Shown here one piece after another: positions 18,390 through 28,253 of a stretch of 64,000 nt of DNA. Each line of letters begins with the position of its first letter. The first letter of the stretch is position 1. The DNA lies in assembly GCA_963840035.1 (NCBI GenBank), contig CAWIXE010000001.1:128001-192000 (forward strand). Reading direction: 5' to 3'. Source of the stretch: a candidate division FCPU426 bacterium. Its GTDB lineage: Bacteria > Oederibacteriota > PGYV01 > Palsa-1178. The notes below the pieces were generated by a model. The model was given only the letters and a program-made list of their open reading frames with translations, was not told where the DNA came from and ran no database searches. The position numbers and the translations under genes were made by a program.

Positions 18390-19379
18390 TTACCAGACAG
18401 CCTCATGCTCCTCGGCGAAACCGTAAACATCCTTCAGGCCGCAGGCGTCATTACCGTCAAAAAGAACCCCGGAGAACGTGCCAAAGGGCTGGTGAAAATA
18501 ACTTTTAATAAAACCAATGTCAAAATTTTTGCTGCGCCCGCCTTCAGGCTTAAATATCAGGTCAACCTTTCCGTCAAAAGACTTTATCTTCCATGGCGCC
18601 ATCAGGTTATGGCTGTTGTATGTAAAATTCACAGTGTCCACTTTTGTCATCCTGCCGTCTACCCAGAAAACGTTCTCAGTAAAACCCGTTTCATTTACCC
18701 CCATGGCGAGATTAAAACCAAGTTTTCTGCCATTTAAATCCAAACCGCCGCCGGATGCCCAGTTCCAGAAAGTCCTGCGCTGGAGTACGCCAAATGTGTA
18801 ATCAAAACCCCCCGCTGCCTCAGCCGGGTCCATATTATATCCGGCCCCGTTTGTTTTTATAACACCTGAGGTGCTTAATCCGGCTTCCTTGTTTGTGTAA
18901 TTAAAGCCTTTTAACCCGTTTCTTGTCACAAGGTTTAATGAATCCTTAAGCCTGCTGTAAATCTGGCTAATTTCAAAACCATTTCCCAGGTCAGCTTCAA
19001 GCTTTATGGCGTCAGGGGTTATCATAATCCCCGCGGTTATGCCGCCTGATTTAAAGGAAACGCTGCCCGAGGCGGAACTTCCCGAAAATATAACTCCCAT
19101 GCCGAACGGCACAATTACATCCCTGGAACACACGAGTTTTTTGAGTTTCCTGTCAAATACATATGCAAAAAGGTTCGCGAGGTAACCAAGATGAACAATG
19201 GCAAAACCAAAAGTAATATCTTTGTTTGAAACGCCGAGGAAAATCCAGCGCTTGTGAGGATGATTTTTACGGCTTTTCAGACTGCCGTCAGGCTTAAAAT
19301 CCGCGATGTTCAGGTCAGTCAGGGGTTCTGTTTGCAGCCCGAATGCCGGCCGGCCTGATTCGTTTATGAGTTTACGCAA
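18390..19379 (-). CDS. DUF2804-family protein
   Basis: KRW.F, YTNK, D...G...R.TFWNWASG, GFNL, TENVFW.DG, HQPFG.FSG, GFAEEH.A.W. Confidence 0.85.
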   Translation of the reverse strand: MRKLINESGRPAFGLQTEPLTDLNIADFKPDGSLKSRKNHPHKRWIFLGVSNKDITFGFAIVHLGYLANLFAYVFDRKLKKLVCSRDVIVPFGMGVIFSGSSASGSVSFKSGGITAGIMITPDAIKLEADLGNGFEISQIYSRLKDSLNLVTRNGLKGFNYTNKEAGLSTSGVIKTNGAGYNMDPAEAAGGFDYTFGVLQRRTFWNWASGGGLDLNGRKLGFNLAMGVNETGFTENVFWVDGRMTKVDTVNFTYNSHNLMAPWKIKSFDGKVDLIFKPEGGRSKNFDIGFIKSYFHQPFGTFSGVLFDGNDACGLKDVYGFAEEHEAVW

Positions 19380-19535
19380 GAATCCCCCCTTTTAAAATTA
19401 AAAAGGGGCCAGCTGGCCTTGTGTAGGGTTAAAACCCTGAAGGCGCAGCTAGGTGGCCCCACTAAATATATGCCACGGAATTAAAAAAAAATCAAATGGA
19501 TTTTGCTTGTTTTTAGAAATATTTAAAAGCCCGTC

Positions 19536-20780
19536 TTACCCTTTAAGGACGCTTTTTAAAAGCCTGTTTATTACAGCCGGCGTGGCTTTCGGATAAACGC
19601 GCGCCACGCGGTATAGGAATTCCTTGTAATCGCGGCGCAGCGTCAGCGACGCCACTTCCGGAATTGTCAGCGCGGAAAATATGGCCTTTATTGCCCGGAC
19701 CGCGAATTTGATGGAAAGGTCGTCGCCCCTCATGAAATTATCTATAAATTCCGGGGCATTGTCATTCATGGCGTATACGGCCTTATCCAGCAGGGCAGCG
19801 TCGATATTTTTTAATATTTCCGAAACAAGGTAATGCAGCTCATATCCGGGATATCTGGAGGCCACAACAGCTTCGGCATACCTTATTTTACCTGTCTTAT
19901 ACCCCTTTTTAATTTCTTTCGCGACTAGCTTTGCCTCGTCCATGGCGCGCAGCAGCCCGTAACCGCTTGAAGGCAGCGGCGAGGATGCGGAATCGCCGCA
20001 GAAAAAGACCCTGCCCTTTGAAAAATAACCCCGCTCAACAAGCGGTATGTTTCCTTTTATAATGGCTGTTATTTTGCCATTTAGTTTCCTTAATTTTATG
20101 TACTTATTCAGCGACGCTTTTGCCCTTAAGATGGTCCGGGCGTTTAGTTCTTCAAAGAAAAAGCATCCTGCCAAAGCGCTTGTTTTTGAATAAGGAAGGA
20201 GCCAGAAATAATCCTTGCCGGGAAATGCCGCGTCAAAAATATACGCTGCGGAGCTGTCCGTGATTTTTAACCCGCTTATCTCAGCCGCGTAACAGCCCAT
20301 AGACCCGCTGGCAGGAAGGCTTTTGCTCAGCTTTTTCTGCATGGCGGAAGAGGCGCCTGATGCGTCCACACAGTATGAGGCCGAATAAATGCATTTTGAG
20401 GTTTTAATGAGGATATTGTCCGTGCTTTCCCTGTGTTTGAGAAACACTTCATTTTCCTTTATTATAACCCCTGCTTTTTGCGCCTGAGCCTTCAGTATTT
20501 CCAGCAGTTTTTTTGTATCCAGTATGGCAGCGCGTGAATTGGTGAAATTATACCTGGCTCCAAGAAGACCTTTGAAGGTAAGCGTGTCTATCCGGTTTAT
20601 TATGGCCGGCTCGTATCCGCGCTTTTGCACCTCATCAAGCCATGTTATCCAGCTGCGCGGGCGCGCGCCTATGCCCTCTTTTTCAATGAGGACAGTTTTC
20701 AGCCCGCATCCTGCCAGAAGCCTCGCGGCGGTCAACCCCGCCGGCCCTCCCCCTATGATGACTATATCGGTTTTTTCCAT
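19536..20780 (-). CDS. FAD-dependent oxidoreductase (lycopene cyclase/geranylgeranyl reductase-like)
   Basis: DIVIIGGGPAG, VDASG, GDSA...P.SGYG; start reassigned to MEKTD. Confidence 0.85.
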   Translation of the reverse strand: MEKTDIVIIGGGPAGLTAARLLAGCGLKTVLIEKEGIGARPRSWITWLDEVQKRGYEPAIINRIDTLTFKGLLGARYNFTNSRAAILDTKKLLEILKAQAQKAGVIIKENEVFLKHRESTDNILIKTSKCIYSASYCVDASGASSAMQKKLSKSLPASGSMGCYAAEISGLKITDSSAAYIFDAAFPGKDYFWLLPYSKTSALAGCFFFEELNARTILRAKASLNKYIKLRKLNGKITAIIKGNIPLVERGYFSKGRVFFCGDSASSPLPSSGYGLLRAMDEAKLVAKEIKKGYKTGKIRYAEAVVASRYPGYELHYLVSEILKNIDAALLDKAVYAMNDNAPEFIDNFMRGDDLSIKFAVRAIKAIFSALTIPEVASLTLRRDYKEFLYRVARVYPKATPAVINRLLKSVLKG

Positions 20781-20786
20781 ACTATA

Positions 20787-20815
20787 ATTGTAATGTTTAA
20801 AAGGGGGTTTTTCAA
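20787..20815 (-). promoter_or_regulatory. Sigma70 promoter, probably giving a leaderless mRNA
   Basis: TTGAAA-N17-TACAAT, then 6 nt to ATG; no SD. Confidence 0.6.
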
Positions 20816-20845
20816 CAGGCAAATGAGTTTTATCGTATTTTTCCC

Positions 20846-20876
20846 TTGACTCTGACGTAACGTCATAGTTTATAAT
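20846..20876 (+). promoter_or_regulatory. MerR-type promoter/operator
   Basis: TTGACT-N19-TATAAT with dyad TGACGT-A-ACGTCA in the spacer. Confidence 0.9.
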
Positions 20877-20926
20877 ACCTATAATTAACATTTGAAGTGT
20901 ACTGTTAAGAAGATGTGTTTACAGTT

Positions 20927-21041
20927 TGTCATTGCGAGGAGCCGCTGTCGGCTTATGGCGACGAAGCAATCTCGTTTTCTCCTTATGGAACAGCGAGATT
21001 GCTTCGTCGGCAAGTAACAAAAACGCCTCCTCGCAATGACA
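20927..21041. repeat. GTCATTGCGAGG...GAAGCAATC palindromic repeat, copy 1
   Basis: Inverted pair tgtcattgcgagga..cgacgaagcaatctc / gagattgcttcgtc..cctcgcaatgaca. Confidence 0.85.
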
Positions 21042-21071
21042 AGCATAAAATTGTAAACAGGAGGATTCTAA

Positions 21072-21830
21072 ATGAGTTCATATACCGTCCAAAAGCTCGC
21101 GTCCCTGGCGGGAGTCACTGTCCGCACGCTTCATCATTACGACGCAATCGGCCTGCTTAAACCGGGAAGCCGCACAGATTCCGGTTACAGGCTTTATAAG
21201 GAAAAAGACCTGCTGAAACTGCAGCAGATAATGTTTTACAAAGAGCTTGAATTCCCGCTTGATGAGATAAAGAAGATTATCAATAATAAGAGCTTTAACA
21301 TGGTGCGCGCTCTGGAAAACCACAGGAAGATGCTGGCGGACAGGAACAAACGCACTGAAACGCTCTTAAAAACGATAGATAAAACCATAAAAGAACTGAA
21401 GGAGGAGAAACACATGTTAAAAGACGAGGAACTTTACGAAGGCTTTTCAAAGGAAGAGGCAAAGAAACTAAGAGAGTACGCTGAGGAAGCCGCGAAGACC
21501 TATGACCCGGGAATGGTCAAGGAGTCCTATCACAGGGTCCGCAAGCTCACCAAAGAACAGTGGAAAAACGTCCAAAAAGAAGGCGAGGATAACACAAAGC
21601 TGCTCGCGTCGCTCATGGGCAAAGACCCGGCGTCAAAGGAAGTTCAGGCAGCCATTACAAAACACTACAACCACTTAAACAACTTCTACACGCCGAACAA
21701 GGAAATGTACCGCGGGCTCGGGGAATTATACGTCACTGATGACAGGTTCAGGGCGCATTACGACAAGTACGGAAAAGGGCTGGCGGATTTCATAAAAAAA
21801 GCGATAGATGTGTTTTGTGGTAAGAATTAA
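21072..21830 (+). CDS. MerR-family regulator with TipAS domain (TipA/Mta-like)
   Basis: TLHHYDAIGLL.P, GYRLY; C-terminal DPAS.EVQ, LGELYVTDDRF. Confidence 0.93.
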   Translation: MSSYTVQKLASLAGVTVRTLHHYDAIGLLKPGSRTDSGYRLYKEKDLLKLQQIMFYKELEFPLDEIKKIINNKSFNMVRALENHRKMLADRNKRTETLLKTIDKTIKELKEEKHMLKDEELYEGFSKEEAKKLREYAEEAAKTYDPGMVKESYHRVRKLTKEQWKNVQKEGEDNTKLLASLMGKDPASKEVQAAITKHYNHLNNFYTPNKEMYRGLGELYVTDDRFRAHYDKYGKGLADFIKKAIDVFCGKN

Positions 21831-21931
21831 AGACCTTCCTTAACCCTTATACTTAATTCTTATCCTCAGCCTTTGGACCTAATACAAGGTCCAATGGCTA
21901 AGGGTAAGGATGAGGATAAGGGTTAAGGTTT

Positions 21932-23008
21932 TTACAGCGCCGACTGCAACGCCTCAAGCGTCCCGTGGTCTATCCTGTCGTTGCCGTAGTTTTCGTTATC
22001 CTTGTACTGCTCGGTCACATCTATTACACCGAAGTCCATATTTTTATAGCTCCAGTACGCGAAGGATATGTCATATTTTTTAACAAGGGCCATGAAGTCG
22101 GAAAGCCAGTTAACCCTGGCTTTTTTATCCGCAAGCACCACAGCCCCGAACTCGCCGCAGTACACGGGCACGTTGTATTTTGCCTTGAAGTCCAGCACCG
22201 GCTTTATGCGCTTCTCAAGCTCGTTTATGTCCCAGTACTTGTCGTTTTCCCGGAGCGACTCCGCCATCTTATCGTCCTTTTTTGCTATCTCCTCAATTAC
22301 TCCGGCCAAACCCTCGGGCCTGCCCGGGTAGGCAACTGCTTTCTTATAAATATTATGCATGACATATGACATCCATGGCGCGAACTGGTGCGTAATTAAT
22401 ACCGGCTCGTAAAAATGGAAACTGTATATGATTTTATTATCGTCAAATTTTTTGAGCCCGGCAAAATTCTCGCACGTGCCCCAGAGATTTGATTCCAGTA
22501 TTATGCTGTGCTGCTTATCCCTGGTCCTTATCACCTCAATGGCCTCGTCGTAAAGGTCATTGCAGTCCCCCGGCTCCGGCGCCACAGGTTCGTTTAAAAG
22601 CTCATGGGCAAATTTTTCCCTCGAAGCGTACCTTTTCGCGAACATTTCCCATATGGCCAAAAACCTTTTCCTGCTCTCGGACTTTTTATCCCAGATGTTG
22701 TTGCCGAAGCGCTCCTTAAAATCAAAGGAATGGCCCGGCGCCTTATGAAGGTCTAAAACCGTATAAAGCCCCGCCTTTTCCGCGGCGGACAAGAAGTTAT
22801 CAATGCGCTTTAACCTGGATTCGTCGTATTTATAGGGCTCTGTTTCAAAAAAGAAATTATCCACGGGCAGCCTGACGCTGTTAAACCCCCATTTTTTTAT
22901 CTGCTTTAAATCCGCGTCCGTAATAAAGGCATCCAGGTGCTTATCCGTGAATACGTCATCCTTAACCTGTGAAAAATATCCGCCAATATTCAAACCCTGT
23001 AATTTCAT
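21932..23008 (-). CDS. Glycoside hydrolase family 5 (CelC-like)
   Basis: GFNSVRLP, LDLHKAPG, ELLNEP, HFYEP, YCGEFG. Confidence 0.92.
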   Translation of the reverse strand: MKLQGLNIGGYFSQVKDDVFTDKHLDAFITDADLKQIKKWGFNSVRLPVDNFFFETEPYKYDESRLKRIDNFLSAAEKAGLYTVLDLHKAPGHSFDFKERFGNNIWDKKSESRKRFLAIWEMFAKRYASREKFAHELLNEPVAPEPGDCNDLYDEAIEVIRTRDKQHSIILESNLWGTCENFAGLKKFDDNKIIYSFHFYEPVLITHQFAPWMSYVMHNIYKKAVAYPGRPEGLAGVIEEIAKKDDKMAESLRENDKYWDINELEKRIKPVLDFKAKYNVPVYCGEFGAVVLADKKARVNWLSDFMALVKKYDISFAYWSYKNMDFGVIDVTEQYKDNENYGNDRIDHGTLEALQSAL

Positions 23009-23249
23009 GTTATTCTCCTCATCAATAATTAATCCCCCGGCCATGCCGGGGTCACCTTTACCTTCCCCTTTCCAAGGGGAAGGCCAGGATGGGGATAGCC
23101 CTGAATTGGTCCTAAGGTATTTTATATTTATACCCGCCTTTAATCAAGCCTATATGCCAACAAAAAGCGTTTTTATTTTTACTTGAAAATCACGGTTTCA
23201 TGCATTATAATGATACCAGTTTGATTCTGAATTTTAAAGGAGTCCTAAA

Positions 23250-23609
23250 ATGCCGGTAAGCATCATCGAACATAAAGGCAAGAAAATACTTTACACGGAT
23301 TTTTCAAACATAAGGGTAGCGGAAGAGATGATGAAAATAGCCCTGGAATCCGACAGGATGTACCAGCTTTACGGCAATAATGTCAGGCACCTGATGAACT
23401 TCGAGAACGCCGTGACATCGCCCGAATTTTTTGAAAAATCAAAACAGCTCGGCAAAAAGAACGTATCAAAATGCTATAAGGACGCTTTCTACGGCATCAC
23501 CAGCCTAAAGGGAGTGCTTTTAAAAGGCTACCTTATGTTCACCCAGGCCGAAAGACAGGCAAAATCATTTGACAGCCTGGAAAAGGCAAAGGACTGGCTG
23601 GCGGAATAG
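23250..23609 (+). CDS. Hypothetical protein (STAS/SEC14-like)
   Basis: AAGGAG RBS; HKGKKILY.DFS, FDSLEKAKDWL. Confidence 0.75.
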   Translation: MPVSIIEHKGKKILYTDFSNIRVAEEMMKIALESDRMYQLYGNNVRHLMNFENAVTSPEFFEKSKQLGKKNVSKCYKDAFYGITSLKGVLLKGYLMFTQAERQAKSFDSLEKAKDWLAE

Positions 23610-23612
23610 AAC

Positions 23613-23683
23613 TAATTACTAATTACAAATAAAGGAATAGCCGGGCTAAAGCCCGGCTATTCCTTTATTTGTAATTAGTAATT
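23613..23683. terminator. Perfect long hairpin, bidirectional terminator
   Basis: aattactaattacaaataaaggaatagccgggct-aa-agcccggctattcctttatttgtaattagtaatt between convergent genes. Confidence 0.8.
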
Positions 23684-24736
23684 CTACTTGAGGTCATTTA
23701 ACCGCGTGGCAGGTTCATTATACCTTCTGTAAACAGCCGTCGGCGTGGTGAAATAAAAGAGCCTGCTGAATAACGGAACCCTGCTCATCCAGAAGAGTAT
23801 GGGGTAGGTCAGGAATACCGCGGCAAGGTCAAAAGCGTACCATATAATATTGAAAACCACTTCCCCGTTCATATGGATTGTTTCCGCCAGTTTATAGGAA
23901 TAGGGCTGCAGTATGGTTCCCGCCGCTCCGAATAAAAATATCCACAGCGGCACCACGAACAAATAGGCGCCCTGTATGGCTTTCTGCGGGCAGTAAGCTA
24001 TGCAGCGCTCGCACGATTCGCACTTATATGTCCAGTAAGGTGTTGGATTGTTTTTCCCCAGCATCTTAATGGCGGCAAAGGGGCAGAACTTGGCGCACAA
24101 GCCGCATGAGTTGCACCTGTGGTCAGCGAACATTACCTTTGATAAAAAGAGCCTTCCTATTAATATATAACCAAGGCTTAGCGGCGCCAAAATGATGCCG
24201 AAGAGCACAAAGACAAGCCCCAAATATTTTTTCCTGCCTTCAATCACGTCGCCTACCAGCTTCTGCGTCTTAATCCTCGACCTTTCCTCAAACCAGTCAG
24301 TATGCTTTCTGGTCAATCCCCAGTGAATTACCAGCCAGTTGCTTGGCATGTCAAGGCCCATGGTGGCGCGGATGTCGTAGCCTTTAAGCGCGAGTATGAG
24401 CCCTATTATAACGGCGGCGGTGCCTTCCAGCCCCGGCAAATACCACGGCCCTAAAAGCCACCCTGCCCTGCAAGCGGAAATCAGGACATGCGTCCCCTTT
24501 GCCTTCGGCATTTTTAGCGCAAACCTTATCATGCCCCACGGCGCGGTAAAGCCGTGGGTGGGCAAAAACATTCCCAGCAGCGTATCAGGCGATATTTCCC
24601 TTTTTGGGTCGGCGTTTTCAATGGGCATGGAAACAGCCTCTATTCCCCTGCTTTTTGCCGTTTCTTCGGCCCAGATGGACGCCCGGTATGAGTTTCCCGT
24701 GCCTGACATGACGTAAAATACCGCTTTTTTGTACAT
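23684..24736 (-). CDS. EFR1-family flavodoxin/4Fe-4S ferredoxin protein
   Basis: SGTGNS, PTHGF, MPSNW, CNSCGLCAKFCP, CESCERCIAYCP. Confidence 0.9.
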   Translation of the reverse strand: MYKKAVFYVMSGTGNSYRASIWAEETAKSRGIEAVSMPIENADPKREISPDTLLGMFLPTHGFTAPWGMIRFALKMPKAKGTHVLISACRAGWLLGPWYLPGLEGTAAVIIGLILALKGYDIRATMGLDMPSNWLVIHWGLTRKHTDWFEERSRIKTQKLVGDVIEGRKKYLGLVFVLFGIILAPLSLGYILIGRLFLSKVMFADHRCNSCGLCAKFCPFAAIKMLGKNNPTPYWTYKCESCERCIAYCPQKAIQGAYLFVVPLWIFLFGAAGTILQPYSYKLAETIHMNGEVVFNIIWYAFDLAAVFLTYPILFWMSRVPLFSRLFYFTTPTAVYRRYNEPATRLNDLK

Positions 24737-24761
24737 GAACCCTCCATTATTAACCACGGAT

Positions 24762-24869
24762 TGTCATTGCGAGGAGCGGGACCTTCCGCGACGAAGCAAT
24801 CTTGCTGTTTTAAGGATTCAAACGAGATTGCTTCGTCACCATAATACAAAAACGGTTCCTCGCAATGAC
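24762..24869. repeat. GTCATTGCGAGG palindromic repeat, copy 2
   Basis: Same arms as 20927-21041. Confidence 0.85.
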
Positions 24870-24971
24870 GACAAATATAGTGTGTCCCTCACTAAAAAAC
24901 CCGTAATAATTATATCAGAATATATGAACATTTAATTGGATTTTTTCGTTTAAACGTGCTAATATATAACC

Positions 24972-26198
24972 ATGACAAATGAAAACAATGAAAATTTTTC
25001 AGGTTTAGGGATCGCACCGGGTATTCTTGACATCATCGCAAAACTCGAGTTTACAATACCCACACCCATTCAGCAGAAGGCCATACCCGTAGCTGTTGAG
25101 GGCAAAGACGTTATCGGCATAGCCCAGACAGGCACGGGAAAGACCCTTGCGTTCGGCATTCCCATGGTACAGCGCCTGGCCCAGTCAAATGACCACGGCC
25201 TCATCGTTGTCCCCACCAGGGAGCTTGCCATGCAGGTTAATGAAACCATGATGAAGCTCGCCCCCGCCTTTAAAATCAAGACAGTCCTTTTAATGGGCGG
25301 CGACAACATGGCAAAACAGATACATACCTTAAGGCAGAATCCCAGGATAATCATAGCGACTCCGGGCAGGCTCATCGACCACATGGAAAGGCGCACCATA
25401 AAGCTTGACACTGTGCGCATACTTGTCCTTGACGAGGCTGACCGCATGCTTGACATGGGATTTTTGCCGCAGATTAACACCATACTCAGGGCAGTACCCA
25501 AGGAAAGGCAGACCATGCTTTTCTCCGCTACCATGCCCGGAGACATAGTAAGGATAGCGGCGCAGCACATGAAGCTTCCGGTACGCACGGAGATCGCGCC
25601 TCAGGGCACGGCTGCCGAGCTTGTTTCGCAGGAAATATACGTTGTGCGCGGCGACTTAAAGACTGTCATACTCCAGGAAATCCTCAAACAATACACCGGC
25701 TCTGTTCTCCTGTTTACCAGGACTAAAAGGGGCGCGGCAAAAGTCACCCGCAGTTTAAGGAACTTAAACCTTTCGGCCACCGAAATTCACTCTGACCGCT
25801 CCATGGGCCAGCGCAAGGAAGCATTGCAGGGATTTAAATCAGGAAAGTTCAGGGTCCTCGTGGCCACTGACATAGCTGCCCGCGGCATAGACGTGGACGG
25901 CATAGAACTCGTTATTAATTACGACCTGCCTGATGACCCTTCAAATTATGTCCACAGGATAGGCAGGACAGGAAGGGCCGGCAGAAAAGGCCACGCGATA
26001 TCCATTGCCACGCCTGACCAGGCAAGCGAAGTAAAGTCCATTGAAAAAATAATAAGGTCGACCATACCGGTATCCACCCACCCGAACGTGAAGACAGAAA
26101 CATTTGCGGGTTCGGGCCTGCTCCCGTCAAGAAGCTCAAGCCTTGTCTTTTCAAGCTCCAGGGGCAGGAGCGGGCGCATAAACAAGTGGAAAAGGTAA
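24972..26198 (+). CDS. DEAD-box RNA helicase (RhlE-like)
   Basis: Q motif, AQTGTGKT, PTRELA, TPGRL, DEAD, SAT, ARGID, HRIGRTGR. Confidence 0.96.
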   Translation: MTNENNENFSGLGIAPGILDIIAKLEFTIPTPIQQKAIPVAVEGKDVIGIAQTGTGKTLAFGIPMVQRLAQSNDHGLIVVPTRELAMQVNETMMKLAPAFKIKTVLLMGGDNMAKQIHTLRQNPRIIIATPGRLIDHMERRTIKLDTVRILVLDEADRMLDMGFLPQINTILRAVPKERQTMLFSATMPGDIVRIAAQHMKLPVRTEIAPQGTAAELVSQEIYVVRGDLKTVILQEILKQYTGSVLLFTRTKRGAAKVTRSLRNLNLSATEIHSDRSMGQRKEALQGFKSGKFRVLVATDIAARGIDVDGIELVINYDLPDDPSNYVHRIGRTGRAGRKGHAISIATPDQASEVKSIEKIIRSTIPVSTHPNVKTETFAGSGLLPSRSSSLVFSSSRGRSGRINKWKR

Positions 26199-26244
26199 TA
26201 AACTAATTTCTGATTTCTTATTCCTGATTTATAATTGGGGACAT

Positions 26245-26292
26245 AAATAAAACAAAAAGACGCGGAATCAACCGCGTCTTTTTTGTTTTATT
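26245..26292. terminator. Bidirectional terminator
   Basis: AATAAAACAAAAAGACGCGG-aatcaa-CCGCGTCTTTTTGTTTTATT. Confidence 0.8.
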
Positions 26293-26333
26293 CCGATAAT
26301 TAGAAATTATAAATCAGAAATTAGAAATCCGCC

Positions 26334-26684
26334 TTACACGTTTCTCTTAAAAAAGTACAACCCCGCCGTTAAAACCGCGCCGATTATTATTATCCACATC
26401 GTATCCTGGACTATATACGGGTACACTTCTAGCAGCACGCCTATCACTATGTAGGCGGCGTTCGACTTGTTTTTTCCCAGGATAAAGGCAAATACCCCGA
26501 CCGAATTAAAAATGAGCGCCCAGATGAGCGAGGCTGAGGAAAGGCCTTTGCTCACGGACTCGGCGCTGATGGGCGATGCCGCCGCAACCGGTGTTGTGGT
26601 AATTCCCAGCGCGTCGCTCATGTCATCCGCGTACGCAAAACCTGCAAGTAACAACAACACAACAGCCATAATTATTTTTTTCAT
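26334..26684 (-). CDS. Hypothetical membrane protein
   Basis: Signal peptide plus TM segments, YPY motif. Confidence 0.75.
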   Translation of the reverse strand: MKKIIMAVVLLLLAGFAYADDMSDALGITTTPVAAASPISAESVSKGLSSASLIWALIFNSVGVFAFILGKNKSNAAYIVIGVLLEVYPYIVQDTMWIIIIGAVLTAGLYFFKRNV

Positions 26685-26696
26685 ATTATCCGCCTT

Positions 26697-27305
26697 TTAA
26701 AAACCGTATTTGAATGCAAGTGTGAATATTAAAGAACGGTCATTATATCTCAGAAAACCGCCCGTGGATTCCACAATCCCGAGGTCGTATGCCTTTACCT
26801 TATCCGCGTAAAGCCATTCGCAGGTGACTCCTGCGAGAAAAGTAAATCTTTCGTCCATTATTTTATAATACCTCATTGCCAGCTCGGCCTGCATGCCCAT
26901 GCCGTCATAAGCTGCCGGTATCAGCACCATATCGAACAAGCCTGCATAATTTTTTGTCGCTTTTATATAGGCCGGGCCGATGCCAAACCCTATGGATACA
27001 CCCCATTTTTCATCCGCCGTCACGGGCAGCTCCGCCACAGCCAGGACAGGCAAAATGAAATTATAATAATTATAATCCGGGGTAATCAGCGTGTAATACG
27101 CCGGGCTTATTTTTATGCCGGCATTCACCGGCCCTGCTGTAATTGAAAACTCCAGGCTTCCCCGCATTTTTCCCGCCGTATACCCGGTGTTTACTGCGTT
27201 TAATACCGCGCCATACCCCATATCTCCGGTGATGTAAATACCAGCTTCAGCCAAAACAGCCAGAGGCAGCATAATTGCCGCGAATATTAGTAATGCTTTT
27301 TTCAT
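26697..27305 (-). CDS. Putative outer-membrane beta-barrel protein
   Basis: Signal peptide, alternating strands, C-terminal FKYGF. Confidence 0.7.
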   Translation of the reverse strand: MKKALLIFAAIMLPLAVLAEAGIYITGDMGYGAVLNAVNTGYTAGKMRGSLEFSITAGPVNAGIKISPAYYTLITPDYNYYNFILPVLAVAELPVTADEKWGVSIGFGIGPAYIKATKNYAGLFDMVLIPAAYDGMGMQAELAMRYYKIMDERFTFLAGVTCEWLYADKVKAYDLGIVESTGGFLRYNDRSLIFTLAFKYGF

Positions 27306-28129
27306 TGCGCCGGCACTTCCCTGTTTATCCCGTGGTACTTGTCATAGCACGCCTGCACCAGCTCCGGCAGGACTACCGCGTTTTCCTTCTGCATGGATAT
27401 CGTGGTGAACGTCTTTGAGTTTCCGTCATTATCCTTGTAAACATATACCAGCCCGTCGGCATACTGCGGTATGTAAACCCTGTCCGCCCACTTTACTTCC
27501 TCAATGCCGCCGAACAGCTTTTTTCTGGAGTAGCCGTCTTTTGTAAATTCCACAGGCCCTATCTTTACCGGCCTGCCGTTGGAAAATATTTCCCTTACCA
27601 TGCCGGATATGATATGCGGTTCTATGTATATCTTCGACATTTCAATGAGTTTTACGTATATTTCCTTCATCTTGTCGTTGCCGATGTAAAAAGCGGATGC
27701 AAAACTTACGGTAAACTTCCCTTCAGTGCCGTTTATCCCGAAAATATACGACTGGCTGGAGGGTATTCCGTGGACGGATAAGCTGGTGGTTATGTAAAGC
27801 ACACCCTGGATATTCTTGTAATAATATGATTTTCCCTTATACTCAAGGAAATCCTTTTTATACACAATGGATTTTTTGCCCATTCCGGGAATTGCCACTG
27901 ACGGATGCGCCGCGTTGCTCAAATCAGCCGCTGCCTGCTGCTGAGCGTGGGCAAAACCCGTGTGTTCATGGCTTACATTGGGCCTGCGCAGCGTCTGCCA
28001 TGTGATGAACCCCATAAGCGCCATAACCCCGGCGCCTGCCGCGATATTGGTCTCTCCGCCTTTGATAAACAAATAAACGCTTAACGCCGCTGCCGCAAGC
28101 CATAAAAGCCCTAATTGTATTTTGTTCAT
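27302..28129 (-). CDS. Hypothetical membrane-anchored protein
   Basis: Two N-terminal TMs; ATGA overlap with the next gene. Confidence 0.75.
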   Translation of the reverse strand: MNKIQLGLLWLAAAALSVYLFIKGGETNIAAGAGVMALMGFITWQTLRRPNVSHEHTGFAHAQQQAAADLSNAAHPSVAIPGMGKKSIVYKKDFLEYKGKSYYYKNIQGVLYITTSLSVHGIPSSQSYIFGINGTEGKFTVSFASAFYIGNDKMKEIYVKLIEMSKIYIEPHIISGMVREIFSNGRPVKIGPVEFTKDGYSRKKLFGGIEEVKWADRVYIPQYADGLVYVYKDNDGNSKTFTTISMQKENAVVLPELVQACYDKYHGINREVPAQ

Positions 28130-28253
28130 GGATATGCCACCTGCCTCAGATAATATACGGTATCTTTAATCAGTCCCTTAACTGCCATTATTATATTACA
28201 ACCGGAGGTTTTTTTCAATCGATGATAAGCCATGGGCAAGGTAAAACAATCTT

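Noticed and set aside
19400..19462. SRP RNA or tRNA
   Set aside because: Lacks the SRP domain IV motif and a cloverleaf/TTC loop
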